This document shows, one piece after another, positions 39,491 through 53,600 of a stretch of 64,000 bases of DNA. The stretch's first letter is position 1. Every line of letters begins with the position of its first letter. This DNA comes from Phoronis australis. Its lineage: Eukaryota; Animalia; Phoronida. The position numbers and the translations under genes are program-made. The stretch is taken from assembly GCA_002633005.1 (NCBI GenBank), contig NMRA01000219.1, positions 477,251 through 541,250 on the forward strand. The letters run 5' to 3'. Under the pieces are notes generated by a model that worked only from the letters and a program-made list of their open reading frames with translations, had not been told where the DNA came from and did no database searches.

Positions 39491-41582
39491 ATGGGAGGCG
39501 CACCATAGGGGGCTGGGGACTATAGCTCCCACTTTTTTCAGTGCTGCGCTGCCCGTGTTAATTATAGAGTCTACGGAGCGGAGAAGTCCAAATGTTCGCC
39601 ACATAAAATGTTGGTGGATTATGTGTGCGCTCCTCATTCTAAAGTTTACATAACAGCAGGAATCACTGAGAGGTAATGATAGTTGTTTGCAAGATAGTTT
39701 TCGCACTCATTAAAAGAGGCGTCACTTTTTCCTTTTTCCAAGCGTCTGGTACGGACATTAAATAACAAAAAAAAATCCGCTGAAGTAGAAAAGGTGACGA
39801 AAAACAACTAGCTACTTGCAAATATTAGTTTAGTGTAAACCTTCTTCAAAATTTAAAAAAGCAATTCTCAGATTTCTCAATGGAACACAGTGAAAATTGC
39901 ACTCTCTCTTCACAAATACTTCAAGTATTTTGACCTCACAGAAGAACTAAGCAACATTGCATTAATTAGCCAACCATTGAGCAAATAAAATTGATATTTA
40001 GATAGTACTCAGTCGAACGAATAATAAGCATTTAAACCAAACAAATCAAAGGAGGTAAGAATGTTACTCTTTGAACTAAGCTCTTCTGAATGTTGATCGG
40101 CCTGAAATTGGGAGTGTCGTAGGATGATATAAAGCTCTCTTCGAAGCTTACTTACAAACTAAACGTTTTCAGTTTCAGCTAATCAAGCCTGTGTGCATAT
40201 TTGACGTGTACGGCTACCAGCGATGTCTTCTAACACGCAACATAAATTTCGAAAGAGAAAAGGGTACAAGAGGTGTTCACATGCTGCCCGGTCAGAAGGC
40301 AAAAAAATCTCATTTAAATTCTAGTCAAACGTCTGGTCCACATTCTTATCATCCGCCTCAAAAATTACAGGGCCGATTTGTTTACTTACGGGAAAATGCC
40401 CACACTCCGATCCCGTAATTTGTGGTTTGTGTCTGTTCGCCCATGGTGAACGCACTAGATAGCCCAGAATATTGGCATTTCCAAATGAACAATGCTATGC
40501 TCATTACTCGTAATTCGGCGAATATGATGACTCTGTGAAGGCTTAGTTTAAAGCGCCATTATTGGCTGGGAATTGAGTTAGAAACTATCTCGTCGAATCC
40601 AAACGCTCTGTTGGCTAAGCTAAACCCCACAGCATTTTAAGCGTATTTAACTGATTTCATCGAATATCTGACAGACACTGGCGAGAACTGGCGATTTGTA
40701 ATTAAGTCACAAAAACACAACAGTTCATGTTTTATAGCCCTGGTAAATGTTAATTACGTCGGAAAGAATTTCTCATTCAACAATAAACCCCAAACTTTTT
40801 TTTCGGCCTTAAAGTCGATAATGTCCCTAAAGTAAGAGTCGGATCCTCCTCATAAAACTTCCACATCTGAACACGGTATTCATATTTTGGTTCTCACCTT
40901 AAACAAGGAGACGACTTTCATTATAGGCAAGATGCCCAAGACCGTAGGAAGCGGGGGCCGAGGAGCACGTTCCCCCAATTATTTGTAGGCGCCAGGTTAA
41001 AACCATGTTGACCAGCATAGGTGTGGAGCCGGGGCACGGGGCACAGCGAGAACAAGCGAAACACAAGATGGAGAAGAGAAAAATTTTCAGAAAACGTTTG
41101 CTGCTACAGTGACCATTTAGGGCCTCTGGTCTGGGCATTTTTGTTTGATGGTCTATTTTCTACACCAGATTCTGGAGCCATTAAAAACTTAGTCTTATTA
41201 ATCATACTTAACCCGAAAAGTACTTCCTCTTTTCAAGAACAAATTGGTTGTGATTTTTCAATTCAAGAAGACACCGCATTTCTCCATTTACCCCCCCTAC
41301 GGCAAAGGTAAATAGTCATCTGTCACTCTCTTTCTTCCGTTTTTTTGAAATTGTATACCGCTTGATATAAATTGAGAACCTGACCGATAGGGGTCCTGGT
41401 GATATCAACTGCTGTTCATTTCAAGTTTTTGAAGTTATATGATCCTTTCCAATTTAGGAGTTCGGCCCTTAGATGGAGTCGTTAATGGCATTCACGGCCA
41501 TTCTTTTCTTGTTGTCTATTGACGTCATTCCTTGGAATCGATGGTATCTCTTTCTATTTTTTTGTGAAATCGCACATGTTAA

Positions 41583-42544
41583 AGTGTACACAACATGTCT
41601 CTAGTACCTCAAAATAAATTTTATTATTATATCTTACTTGATTTCAGTGCCTTTAGTGCACAGCTCATAAAGAAACACGCAAAAATTGAAAAAAATAATA
41701 ATTATGTACAACGTCATGGGTTGAACCCAAGTCGTTCGCCATACCGTTCGGATCAGAGACAAAGTGTATAGAGTGAAGAGAATGCAAAGTAAATTTAGCG
41801 TCGAGAAGGTTCGTAGAGGGATCAAAAGATGTGTTTCCGGAGGCTGCAGCAACAGCAGCCAGGCGGAAAACGTCTCGGTGTTCCGAAGGACACCAAAGTT
41901 GCGCAGAAGTGGCATGACTTCGTGCGCCGAACGAGAGTGTGGGACGTCATCGTGGACCAAGCGATTCGGTCCGGGGCCACTCTGTGTTCTGCCCAATTTG
42001 AGGACTCGTGTTTCGACTCCAGTCACAGGAGACGATGAAGGCCTGGTTCAATAAAGGACAATATTTATCATTCAGAAACATCAGCTCTTAATTCAGGATC
42101 GTCTGTTGGATGACTGGGTTGACTCGCCGAGCCCGAGCGGGGCCGCTTCTCTCGCGGGAGGATCCAGTTCACAAGGCTCAAAGTAGAAAAGTACGCAGCC
42201 GGAAGCACATTAAACTTGTTTTCGCTTTCGTGCAACCCCATTTCCTCATCCTGGCCACCATTCTCATACGTTTCTTCATAGTATTCGTTCAATTCGTGCT
42301 CATAATCGTCGTCACTTTCAAATTCCCTGGTCTCCGCTATTGTTCAATGCTAGTCACTGATCTCTTGTGTTCAACCCATGACGTCACATGGCGGGAAATG
42401 TGAAAATTGGCAAAATTGAAAGAAAAATCAAAATTTTGAGCTAATTACACAAAATAAACATGGGTTTAGCCAAATTTTACGTCATACATTTAGTCTGTGG
42501 CCACCGGTAATTCAAAATGTGCAAAAATCCATGGTGTGTACTGT
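41583..42544 (+). mobile_element. TTAA-flanked (Kolobok-like) element carrying a decayed THAP zinc-finger
   Basis: TTAA at 41579-41582 and 42545-42548; imperfect TIRs AGTGTACACAACATG / CATGGTGTGTACTGT (12/15). THAP-like RCVSGGCSN..VSVF | PKDTKVAQKWHDFVRR..LCSAQFEDSCF with a frameshift near 41880 and His replaced by Gln. Confidence 0.6.
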
Positions 42545-43073
42545 TTAAAAAGGTCACATTTTAGATGGTTACCCGGTGATGAAATTAACCTTCACACTTT
42601 TCAAGCCTTTCATAACAAGGTGTTCGTTTCAGATGAGGTCCTCACTTGCAGATGCGGTCAGGGGCAACTGCTCTTTTGCCACCTTTAAATCCGGCACTGC
42701 CAACTACTCATAAGGACAAGTAGATAAAATTTCGAATTTCTCGAAAGATTACAGAACATGCCAAGCCCAGCAGCATCACAAAATGTGGCCCAAGCGAAAA
42801 GTGTGAGATTGTATTAAAGAAAAAACAATTATTTAATCGACCACCATCAAAAGGATGGAAATTTCAAGAACTTCAAGACCACACGTTGTGAATCAAAAAA
42901 ATCTATTAATAAAAAATATTCTCGATGGTTTCATAGCGATGAAATATTGACACCTCTTTCCAACGAATTCCAAATAGAATTTCTTTTGATGACCGTTATT
43001 AGGAAAAAAGTGTCGGTGTAGAGGTGGTTATTCGTAAGCGACTCACACATGTCGAACATACTGTGGAGTTAGA

Positions 43074-43456
43074 TTGTTACATCTCTAACAGTGTGTGTAC
43101 ATTGTTACATCTATAACAGTGTGTGTACATTGTTACATCTATAACAGTGTGTGTACATTGTTACATCTATAACAGTGTGTGTACATTGTTACATCTCTAA
43201 CAGTGTGTGTACATTGTTACATCTCTAACAGTGTGTGTACATTGTTACATCTCTAACAGTGTGTGTACATTGTTACATCTCTAACAGTGTGTGTACATTG
43301 TTACATCTATAACAGTGTGTGTACATTGGTACATCTCTAACAGTGTGTGTACATTGTTACATCTCTAACAGTGTGTGTACATTGTTACATCTATAACAGT
43401 GTGTGTACATTGTTACATCTCAAACAGTGTGTGTACATTGTTACACCCCTAACAGT
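43074..43456. repeat. 28-bp minisatellite (AACAGTGTGTGTACATTGTTACATCT(C/A)T), about 13.5 copies
   Basis: Head-to-tail repeats with period 28 and no spacers. Confidence 0.95.
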
Positions 43457-45589
43457 TTACGGTGCTCAAAGTATATGTACTGGCAATCGTAAACATATTT
43501 TTTTCGTAACAGACTACCACTGGAATGAATCAGAATTCACGTTAGCACGACTTAATTCCAAATATTTCTTGGGGGAGGGTTCCTAAACCTTCATGGAATG
43601 TCTCGTTTTCTATGCGCTCCCAGTTGCCCCTCAATTGGGCTTCTGCGTGCATGTCCTCGGAAGTTAGCCACTAGATTGTCGCATCTACTGAGCGAACGTC
43701 ACCTTTATTGAGAAGTATTTTGCCTCCCGGGAACGTGTCTCAGTCGCCTCAATCTCACTGCATATGTAAAAACCCGGTTTCAAACCTAATCTCTACAGCA
43801 TTTTTATTGATAATGGTGTGATATAGCGTGCCCGAATTTTGAGAACCAGTTTTCTCCACTAAATAACGGGCGTCAAACTGGTTCTCAAAATACGGGCACG
43901 TTACATCAGACTATTGCCGTCGACCAGTAATCATGCGTTTGAATAAAAGTATAATTTCATAGTAGTAATTTTGTAACGCCTTTGGATAAATATAGATTAT
44001 TGGACACTTCAAAAACATTTCCAGTATTAAAACGCGTTACAATTTCACAGGTGACTCAAATTGATTTAAAAGAACTCTGCAAGTTCAGCTACAACGATAA
44101 CTGATGCACAAACTAAGTTGCATCTTGGTTTTAAACCTGACATCGTTGAACAATGTTTTCCGAGCTTTATTTCCTACTCTCTGTGTTTTCTTCCGTTCAA
44201 GTCATCGTGGTTCATCGTTGAGCGCTGAGAGACAGTTTTTGTAAGCGCATCAAGGATCTTAATCATTGACTGGTGATACGTTTTATGAAAATTCAAGTCT
44301 GCCCGAAGTTCAAGGATATCTGTCAAATCTTTTAGCATTCACTTTTATCGTTGGTCTGGAAACTTTTCTCCGGGAGTTAAAAGGTTTCGCAAACTAGACG
44401 CTGGGATCCATGTCGACATCTAGTTATTGAGTGAATGATGATACTGTTTCATCGATTTGTTACATGGAGATGGCGTGTCGGGTGTTAATGTCTTCTTTCT
44501 GTTGCTCGGTGGTAAAAAAAATATATTTTTCATGACTACGCGCATGATTGTTACAGTAAAGATAAAATTGATTTTCAACACCATTAGACAAAAGAGAAGT
44601 TGGTGTAGTTTGCATTCTGTCATGTATGTACAAACTTAGTGCCAGGAACCTATTCAATAATTGTACGATAGGATTACTAGAGCTCGTCCAATGTAAACTT
44701 GTTCGGTTATAAAAATTTGCATTCATACCTCCATGAAAAACTACTCTTTTACAGACAATCCTGATGCGTGAAAATCTAGTGTGTAACTGCTACACAAAGT
44801 TGATCTTAATCAGTGGAAAGACGCTAATCACATTCGCTCCGATGGTAACTGTCGTGATCGTGTGTGCCGTCCACGCGCTTACGCAAAGTATGTCGTTTGA
44901 ACAAAATTCTATCGAGAGGAATTGGGTGACTCTCACATTTATAGTTGTAGCAAATTTATGAACAACAAACAAAAAGTCCACACAAAGTTTCCAACGTCAA
45001 ATGTTATTCGGAATGAGCTCTGTACCCAACTGTTTCCTTTAACTATTGCAGTGTGTCACACTTCGACTACCCCCAGAAAAAAATAAATTCATTAGAATCA
45101 CTCAAGCACAGAGAAATAAAAGAAAAACATAAAAACACAAGACAAAAAAATAAAAGTGCAAGATACAGATAACATAAAAAGCCAAAGACTTATTTCCATA
45201 CGGTCCGTGGTAAGGAACTACTAATACTCTATCATGTAGGATGCCTGCCGGCCCGAGCAGGCAATATACGCACATTCTCTTCAGCGTCATTAATAGATCA
45301 TAAAAGCCACATGAATTTTAATGGGATTAAATATCAATCGATAATCCGACTTCAGCGGCGCGCAAACTGAGTGAGAGCGATGGCAATTCAGTCAGCTGTA
45401 CACTTTTTGGGACAGTGATCAAATTGATTTTTACTTAGAAATCAATTGGTAATACTTTCCGTCACCTTTCAACGTGAAGTTGTGTGTTTATTCCAGGTAT
45501 AAAGGACGCTATCGTGAAGGGCTGTAACTACGGTCAATGAAACAATGGCGCTGGCGGATTAGTGTGGAAAGCCGACTGCGCTCGATAGA

Positions 45590-48018
45590 ATGGGGGCTTC
45601 TTCGAGTTGCACTGTTACGTCGAAAGCCTCGCCCGGCATCACAAAGACAGAAAGCCAGGTAGATTTAATAAAACGAAAATATATATTTTGATTAAGGGTT
45701 TTCCTCAGCTAATGTGAACATGAAAACTGACTCCATGGACTTCGTTATCTGGGCCCGCTGAGTTTCAATTTTTCCGCTCGAAATCTAATTTGAAATTGTT
45801 TTGGTATTTTCCGTTCTAAATCTTAACGAACTCAACACTGTTGTCTATTACACTGTGTTCGAGTACATTATGGTTTACGTGGATAACTGTCTAATCCTAG
45901 ATTGCACTTGATGACTCCAGAATTAAGACTGTAAGTTCCAGTCGGAACTCGAAATCTCGAGTTTTTACCCGAGTTCGTGGTTTGATCGTGGACTTGAAAT
46001 TCATATGCATAAACCATAACATACTGTTAGCAAAAAGTAGAACTAGAAATATTAAAAATAATTTCCTGTTCTGTTTCGTCTAGAAGTATTATATACCGGG
46101 CCCAGCACTCAGCACAGAAGAAGAGTAGTTGCCACTTTGTTGGCGGGACTGCCCGCCTTTTGACACACGGTTTTCATGAGAAATTCGCTACCCGACATCA
46201 GGTTTTTCAAGTGATGCCCCTCCCCCACGAGTCATTTAGTACTGAATAGCGGGCAATCGTACATAACAATACACCTGACAGTTCTCCACAGGAGTATGAC
46301 TGCTTGCGCGTGGAGCTGGCGATCTTTCAGTGACTTGAAAGTTATAGTTTACGAGAATAGATCAGTATGGCAAGTGTATACATGTGTACAATGTCATTTA
46401 TTTACAATTTCATGAAGTTTCATGACCCACTGACACGACAAAACCACTATAAAATATTTGTTAAAACCCAGCATATTTTCCAATAGGCCGACTGCCGGAC
46501 CATGTTCGTTTCTTTGTTACCAAACTATATTACTTGTTAAAACTGTAGTGAAGGAGGACTGGAGTATTCTAGCCACCAAAGATTGTATTTTCATTTATTA
46601 TAAATAAGTGCTATTGATTTTCGCAAATCAGCTAAACTCTTGTCTCAGCTTGTTTTCATTTAATAGACACAGCGGAAAATTGTTGCACTGCTGATTACGA
46701 GTTACAACATGTATCGGCAATTAACGTAGGTTCGACTCGTACTCATTGAATCCCTCGTCAAGACTAATGATTTAATGAGCACCTGAATTATGCTGTCTCG
46801 TTTGTCAGTGGTGATAACAGAACATAAAACCGTATCATTAGCTCCCAATCGAAAGTGTGGAAATTCTTTCTAGTCACTGAAGTCAAACATGTTCACGCAC
46901 TTCACTTCGAAGGAGTGTAGGGTTTCTCGCGAATTCACGTCCGCTTTCGGAGTTGCGGTTTTTCAGTTTTGAACAGCTACTTATTAAACCCGGCGAGCTT
47001 CCTGTCACAAAAACGTTTTGATTTTAGCCACTTGACGTAATGAAGTTGGTCTCAAACTGTTCCTTAGGCAACATAGACGACGAAAAAAGATTGAATGAAT
47101 AAGTTTATTTTCTGCACAGACGAAAATTGGCCAACCTAACCTTTCCGGCGGATTTTCTCGTCAACACCCATTCTAAAACTAATCTCAGTGTATCATGAAA
47201 TAATTCATCGACGACAAAAAATGCTTTTTTCAAATCTAATAGGCTACGGTAGTATAACGGGTATTTCAAAACACGAATCACGGAATTCATTGTGATTCAC
47301 TAACGAGTTGTGAAATAAATATCTAATTCTTCATTTATTTCGGAAATAAACATTTGCCAAAATTGCATTTTTTCTATTTTCCAACTGTATCTTTTGCAAC
47401 AACTGATGATAGTTCAACAGATGTTGTTTATGAATGCGCCTCAGGGCACGTTATGCAAACATCAGAATGAATTCTTTGTATATTCTCATTTTAGTAGAGT
47501 GCCCATACTGGTTTTGTTGCGTTTTCAATTCCCTTTTCATCTCTTAGGATTCCCTTTATGCTCAGCCTGAAGCAATGGACAACATCATGGGAATAGACAT
47601 CGACAGGAGTTCGCCACAATTCCAAGAAACATTAAAGTTGACAACGGAGCTCATTATTCAATACAGGGATGCGATATATCCGTTGCTCAAACTGCCTTTA
47701 GACATGTTCGCTGATTCGCGTTATCTCGAATTTCGAGAGATTTGTGGCGAGATTCACAATGACCTAGTTTTTGAAGAAAAGGATACGCCCAATGAAAAAT
47801 TTCAAGACGATTTGGATATGAAAGTAAAGGATTCTATTTCCTCCCTTGCCAAACACTACACAACGATGTCGTTGAATGTCAACCAGGCAGTCACTATGCA
47901 CTTTGAGGATTATTATGATGACACGCTGAAAGTGATTATAACAGATATTGAACGGAAGCAATTTTGGCGTAAGGAGCACCGACAACCGAAGATACAGACA
48001 TTATTGTTACCACTTTGA
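45590..48018 (+). CDS. Uncharacterised ~179-aa protein, probably helical, with N-terminal myristoylation motif (MGASSSC)
   Basis: Exon 45590-45658 (MGASSSCTVTSKASPGITKTESQ, donor CAG|gtaga, phase 0) joins in frame to 47548-48018 (polypyrimidine acceptor ctcttag|GAT), which contains the 147-aa ORF 47575-48018 of natural-looking composition. No family recognised; extra exons cannot be excluded. Confidence 0.6.
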
Positions 48019-48598
48019 ATTGTCTGGACGAATCCTAGATCTTAATGCGTAACACGAACACGTCAGTAATAGTTTTAAAAGGATGTCACCGTGAGTCCGT
48101 GAAACAGGATCTAAAGAGTTGATATGTTACGAAAAGATAATTTACTGGAGTAATCTGCACACGGTGAAGGTCTTTTCTAGAAAGCAATACACTAATTTAC
48201 GTATTTTGCGGACGTATCTTTTAGAACTGGGGTCTGTTTCCGTGAAAGTAGCTAAAGGTTAAGTAGGCCCTTATTGACTTGTCTGTTTATTTAATCCAAC
48301 GTACACAAAACTATAGATTTTAACTCAGTAAAAGTGAATACTTTCTGAAGGTAGAACGCCTGTAGAAATTGATTTTTGACTTTAATTCAGTCACTTTTGA
48401 GATATGGTGTTCCGAAAAGTGCCAAATGTGTACAATTTTCGAGGGTCCAACATAACCTTAAGACAGATATTGGTCTGGGCTGCACGTCACCTATTGGCTA
48501 CTTCACAAAAAGATTTAACGAAGTAACTATGAGCGCATCACAGTTTACAAAATAATTTGCCGAAGTTATCTCAGTAACTATCAGTTTTGTGCATATTT

Positions 48599-49655
48599 TC
48601 AGCCTTTAGACATTTGCACAAGCGAGTTTTAATCATTTTTGAGAAACAGTTGGGTGGAGTGTAAGGCCAAATCACTTTTCACGAAACAGACTTCTGACCT
48701 GTTACAAAGATGGTGAAGCTTCCGGGATTTGGGAAGTTGTTAATTACGTTCCCCCCATCTTCCATTTGATTGGATGATGGGATTCCCGCCATTTCCCAGT
48801 CGGTTGACGCAAGACACTCGCAAAATAGCAGAATCACGCAAATCGTTACCAGATATCGCCATGCATTACTAGCGACGCACGTGATCTTACTAGCTTTGCC
48901 CTCAAGAGTTTTGCATCTACGGAACGCGCCCTAGAATGTGTTGCTAGGCTATTGGAGTACTGCATCGCGCTATCGTTGTAACTGTGCAAAATCAACTGTC
49001 GTTGGACGGTCTCCATACTGTTGACACCACAGAAATGCATCCACAAAGACGAGTATGCCTGGATGCTATTAGTCTCTTCGCGCTTTTTTATCTTACACGA
49101 AGCAGTGTCACAGTAACATCGATGAANTCAGCCTTTAGACATTTGCACAAGCGAGGTTTAATCATTTTTGAGAAACAGTTGTGTGGAGTGTAAGGCCAAA
49201 TCACTTTTCACGAAACAGACTTCTGACCTGTTACAAAGATGGTGAAACTTCTGGGATTTGGGAAGTTGTTAATTACATTCCTCCCATCTTCCATTTGATT
49301 GGATGATGGGATTCCCGCCATTTCCCAGTCGGTTGACGCAAGACACTCGCAAAATAGCAGAATCACGCAAATCGTTACCAGATATCGCCATGCATTACTA
49401 GCGACGCACGTGATCTTACTAGCTTTGCCCTCAAGAGTTTTGCATCTACGGAACGCGCCCTAGAATGTGTTGCTAGGCTATTGGAGTACTGCATCGCGCT
49501 ATCGTTGTAACTGTGCAAAATCAACTGTCGTTGGACGGTCTCCATACTGTTGACACCACAGAAATGCATCCACAAAGACGAGTATGCCTGGATGCTATTA
49601 GTCTCTTCGCGCTTTTTTATCTTACACGAAGCAGTGTCACAGTAACATCGATGAA
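48599..49655. repeat. Tandem ~528-bp duplication joined by a single N (49127); probable assembly artefact
   Basis: tcagcctttagac...aacatcgatgaa repeated; identical 66-aa ORFs at 48846 and 49375. Confidence 0.85.
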
Positions 49656-50650
49656 GTTTTCTAACATTCTGCGATTCATACCTTACTTCTTCATCACATT
49701 CATTTATTCACGATATTCATTGCCCACATAACTACATAACTGTAGCGGATTAGGGTAAATAGTTCAGTGCAGTCCTGTAAAACATTGAAATATGCGTGAA
49801 TACAACCGTTTGTATGCTGTTAACTCTTTCCTCAGAGCGCAATTTACGAACGTCTCTATATAAATGGTGTCGGGTTGAAAAGTGTTAATTCGTCATTAGG
49901 TCAGAGTGTTATGACGTCATCGATGACACAAGACGCAGGGGAGATTAAGTGGGTGTTTTCTATTGTCCATGTTCAAACTAAACAAACGAAAAACAAGCAC
50001 GCATTATTGTGTCACTAGGTAAGACATAAACACATAGACTGAGATTAAAAGCATACCGGCTGCCGGGAATCTTTCGCGTGATTATCTGTTCAGTTATTGC
50101 TATAGCTTTGATAGTATTGTGTTGGGCTAAGATACGGTAAAAGTTTGACCAATAGAGTATTGATGGGCTTCCGGTTAGACTGGACAGCGTTCGGTAAACC
50201 GCACGACATAAGCTTACACCTGCGTTGAAAAACGTTAGGCAATGGAGCGAAAACAATAAAATCAATCCCACGCTCTAGCCTGACGCCATTTTGCTAGGAA
50301 AGGCTATTTTAAACTACCTGGCATACTTGCGAAGCAATCTACTCTAATTCGCGAGATTTTGCGGGATTTTCCCTTTCTTGCGATAAATTAGGTCGACAGA
50401 AACCTCCTCCTGACGAAAGTTGAAAGGTATCGTTTGTTAATGAAATTTCTACCATTAATAAAGCGTTTCGTAGACACATCTTTGAGAGAGATAAAACGCG
50501 AATAACAATCTCTTCTGAAATGGTCATAAAATATAGAGTATTTTGTCAGAATTTTGTGATGCACTAACTTTTCTAGTCTGCGTTTCAACGCTCGACGGTA
50601 AGAGTGAGTGGGCCCAAAGGCACAAACGTCCGACTTGAAAATGCTTGAAC

Positions 50651-53600
50651 ATGGGCTGTGTACGCAGTAAACAACCTGAAGCGAAATACCAACCAGACAA
50701 GACAGATGTGAGACCATGTACAGCACACCATATTTCAGTATCAAGCGAATTCTGTCCTGTAAGTGCGATTTCTTCATTAGATACGTGCAGTTATGAAGTA
50801 ACTGACACTTTTTTTACTTGTGCCTTCCTCGCTGCAGCGAATCTCGACAGCACCGGGTCCCGTCTCGTATCCACATCGCATCTCTAATTTCATAACTTGT
50901 TCAGAGAATTGTTCACGGCGGCGGGTTAAAAATTCTCGAGATCTCTGAGGGAACCTGAACTTTGTCGAGGCGGGGTAGGTGAAAAAATGGACACGATTGG
51001 GAAGAGACAGCTTAAATTACCAGGGCCCCAAGACTCCTTACAGCCTAGAGCTCCGTGATATCTTAATCCAGCGCTTGCCCTTGGATTATTCGCATTTAGG
51101 GCCATGTCGATAAAGTGGATCACTTTCATATATTTTCTTCGAAGACAAATTGGGGACACGGTGTAGCCAGAAATCCTATAACTTTTAGAAGAAAACCACA
51201 TACAGCAGTGTCTTGTTGTGATGGCGGCTATCTAGTTTAATTAGGAAAATTTCCGTAGGGTAGATGATGGGGACAGTATTCCCACACAATAGAGGCACAT
51301 ATCTTAAAGACACTTGTTCCCTTATTTTGACAGAAAGATATCACTAAAATAGGAATATCCTGGATGTATTTGTGTTTTAAATAAACTGTCAGTTAAAATT
51401 GGCAAATTATATAATGTGAAAATTCAGAGGTGGCCATTTTGTTGACCACTAGAAAAATTAGTTTGAAAATTCTGAATTCAATTCTGGTCATTGCGAAAAT
51501 ATTTGATGACATGTTGGAAAAACATCATTTGAGAACAAGTTTAACTGAAAAGAAGTGGAAAAAGTATGGTTGTCTAATATTCATTCGGCTGTTGTCCCCA
51601 AATACTGGGTTTCATTAGCTGGCAATGGAACTTGGAATTCTATCAAGACTTTAGGGAACTCTTTTTGTCTTTAGTCTTGATCTGAATTTAGACAATTGGC
51701 AAATTGTTAGGTCCATCATTCAAGAGTTGTAAGGTAACGCATGGAAACATTACCAGTCGCATAGATTTCACGAAATGAAACCAGACCCCAGTTGTTTTAA
51801 TTAAAGTTTAAACTTAATGGACATTCCTACGGTTAGAGCATTGTGGGATATAGATGTTCCTCGCCACCTGTTGGCTGGAAATCACAGTGGGTGAAGATTC
51901 CTTCGTTTCTCTGATTGGTGCCATTAAGAAACGCTTTATCTTCCCTGGTTTCATTTTGCTGGTAACAGCGATGTCTCACAATCCATTTCAGATTTCCCAC
52001 ACACCTCTACCGTGAAAATGTCAATGTCATACTCGTCCTTGCCTTTACCTGTTTTATGGTTTTATGCAATTAATAACTTTAGGTGCGTTACGATACTTTT
52101 TATGAAACTTTAATCCATTACTGTTCATTCGAAAAATTTCATACTCTCATTTTGCATTCACGACTTGCATGAATGTATTGCTTCCAAGGAATGTTCATTT
52201 ATTGCTCACCATAAGATCGCCAGCATCTCCTGCCATGTATTTGTACATTTAGTTCCAAGGTGACAAAAAACTCGACATATACCTGCACGTACTGAGTTCG
52301 TCCTGCAGAGCCGTTATGATGACCTGTGCTGCGATTGAGTTGAAATACCAGGCCAAGATTATTGACTTGTTTAAAGGAGACCACCTGACGCCAGAATTTG
52401 TCAAGGTATTCCCAGCAATATGAAATTAATAACGAACGCTACCGGAAATGAAATCTCAACCATTCAGCTTTTTCCGAGAGCACTATTTTCTCGAAGTAAC
52501 CCTAAGTTCAATGTCGTAAGCGCTCTGCGCGCTACATTTACGGACATTTAGTTTTACTGCATCCTGATCTAATGGAAAGAACAAGGCAAAGTTGTTAACC
52601 GATTTACAATTTCATTTAAGTGGCGAGCAACCGAAAGTGAAGATGGTTATGTGTATGGGGTTTAAAGTTAGTGGTGAATTGNNNNNNNNNNNNNNNNNNN
52701 NNNCGGACAAACACGGCACCGAAGGAGTTTTTTCGCAATAAATAGGAGGACGTGACCCGTTAACACTCGCTGCCTCCTCCTTGTGGCTAGACCAGTGGTT
52801 ATGCAGAAACATTCTGTAAACATCAATATCAAATTAAAGCAACAATTTCAGATTAACCAAATAAACCAGAAATGATTGACAATTAAGACTAAGAATGTAA
52901 TTAAAGCAACTTTAAGTATCAATGTTCACGTGATCGTTAAGTAAGAGATTAGAACATTGTTTCGAAACGTCGCCATGACTGATAATGAAAATATAAGTGC
53001 AAAGTTTGGTAATTCACAGTGAATTGTTTGTATGAGCTAGACAAAATAAAACGTCACATATATGGGAAATTGTATGGGGCCTGGTCGTTTTCAACTGTGT
53101 AGATTCGTGCTTATTCATTACAAATATTGATCGACTTAATGGGATAGATTCGCTGTATTGCCAAACTCATTTCACTCACGCATTGCTCGCAATAACAAGA
53201 ATTGATTTAGACGTTATTGCTGTGAGAATTCATAAAACATTATGTTGCATAGAAAAGGTGCATTGTCTCTTGATGTGTATGTCAATGCTCATTGCATGCA
53301 CACCCGCACTACTAAAAGTTGCACTGACACGTCACACCTGGACAAAAGTCTTCATCGTGCGCCTGCAACTCATAATCACTTGATTCTATGCTTACATAAT
53401 AACAATGATATTAATAATAAACGGTTTCAGCAATTCCTAGGGGTGGAATGATGTACAATTTTAGGAATTCGATTCGATTCTCCTTAGAGGAAATTCCATT
53501 GTTGTCGATTCGATTCTTCAATTGCCTGTCAAATTAATTCATTATTTCTCAAATCTAAGTAGATAACTTACCACTGCTACCAATTTTGCTGATAAAATTC

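Noticed and set aside
43074-43456. 28-bp repeat array as a CRISPR array
   Set aside because: No unique spacers, no cas genes, eukaryotic context.
47105-47290. LDLKKAF as a LINE RT motif
   Set aside because: Isolated short match with no flanking RT motifs.
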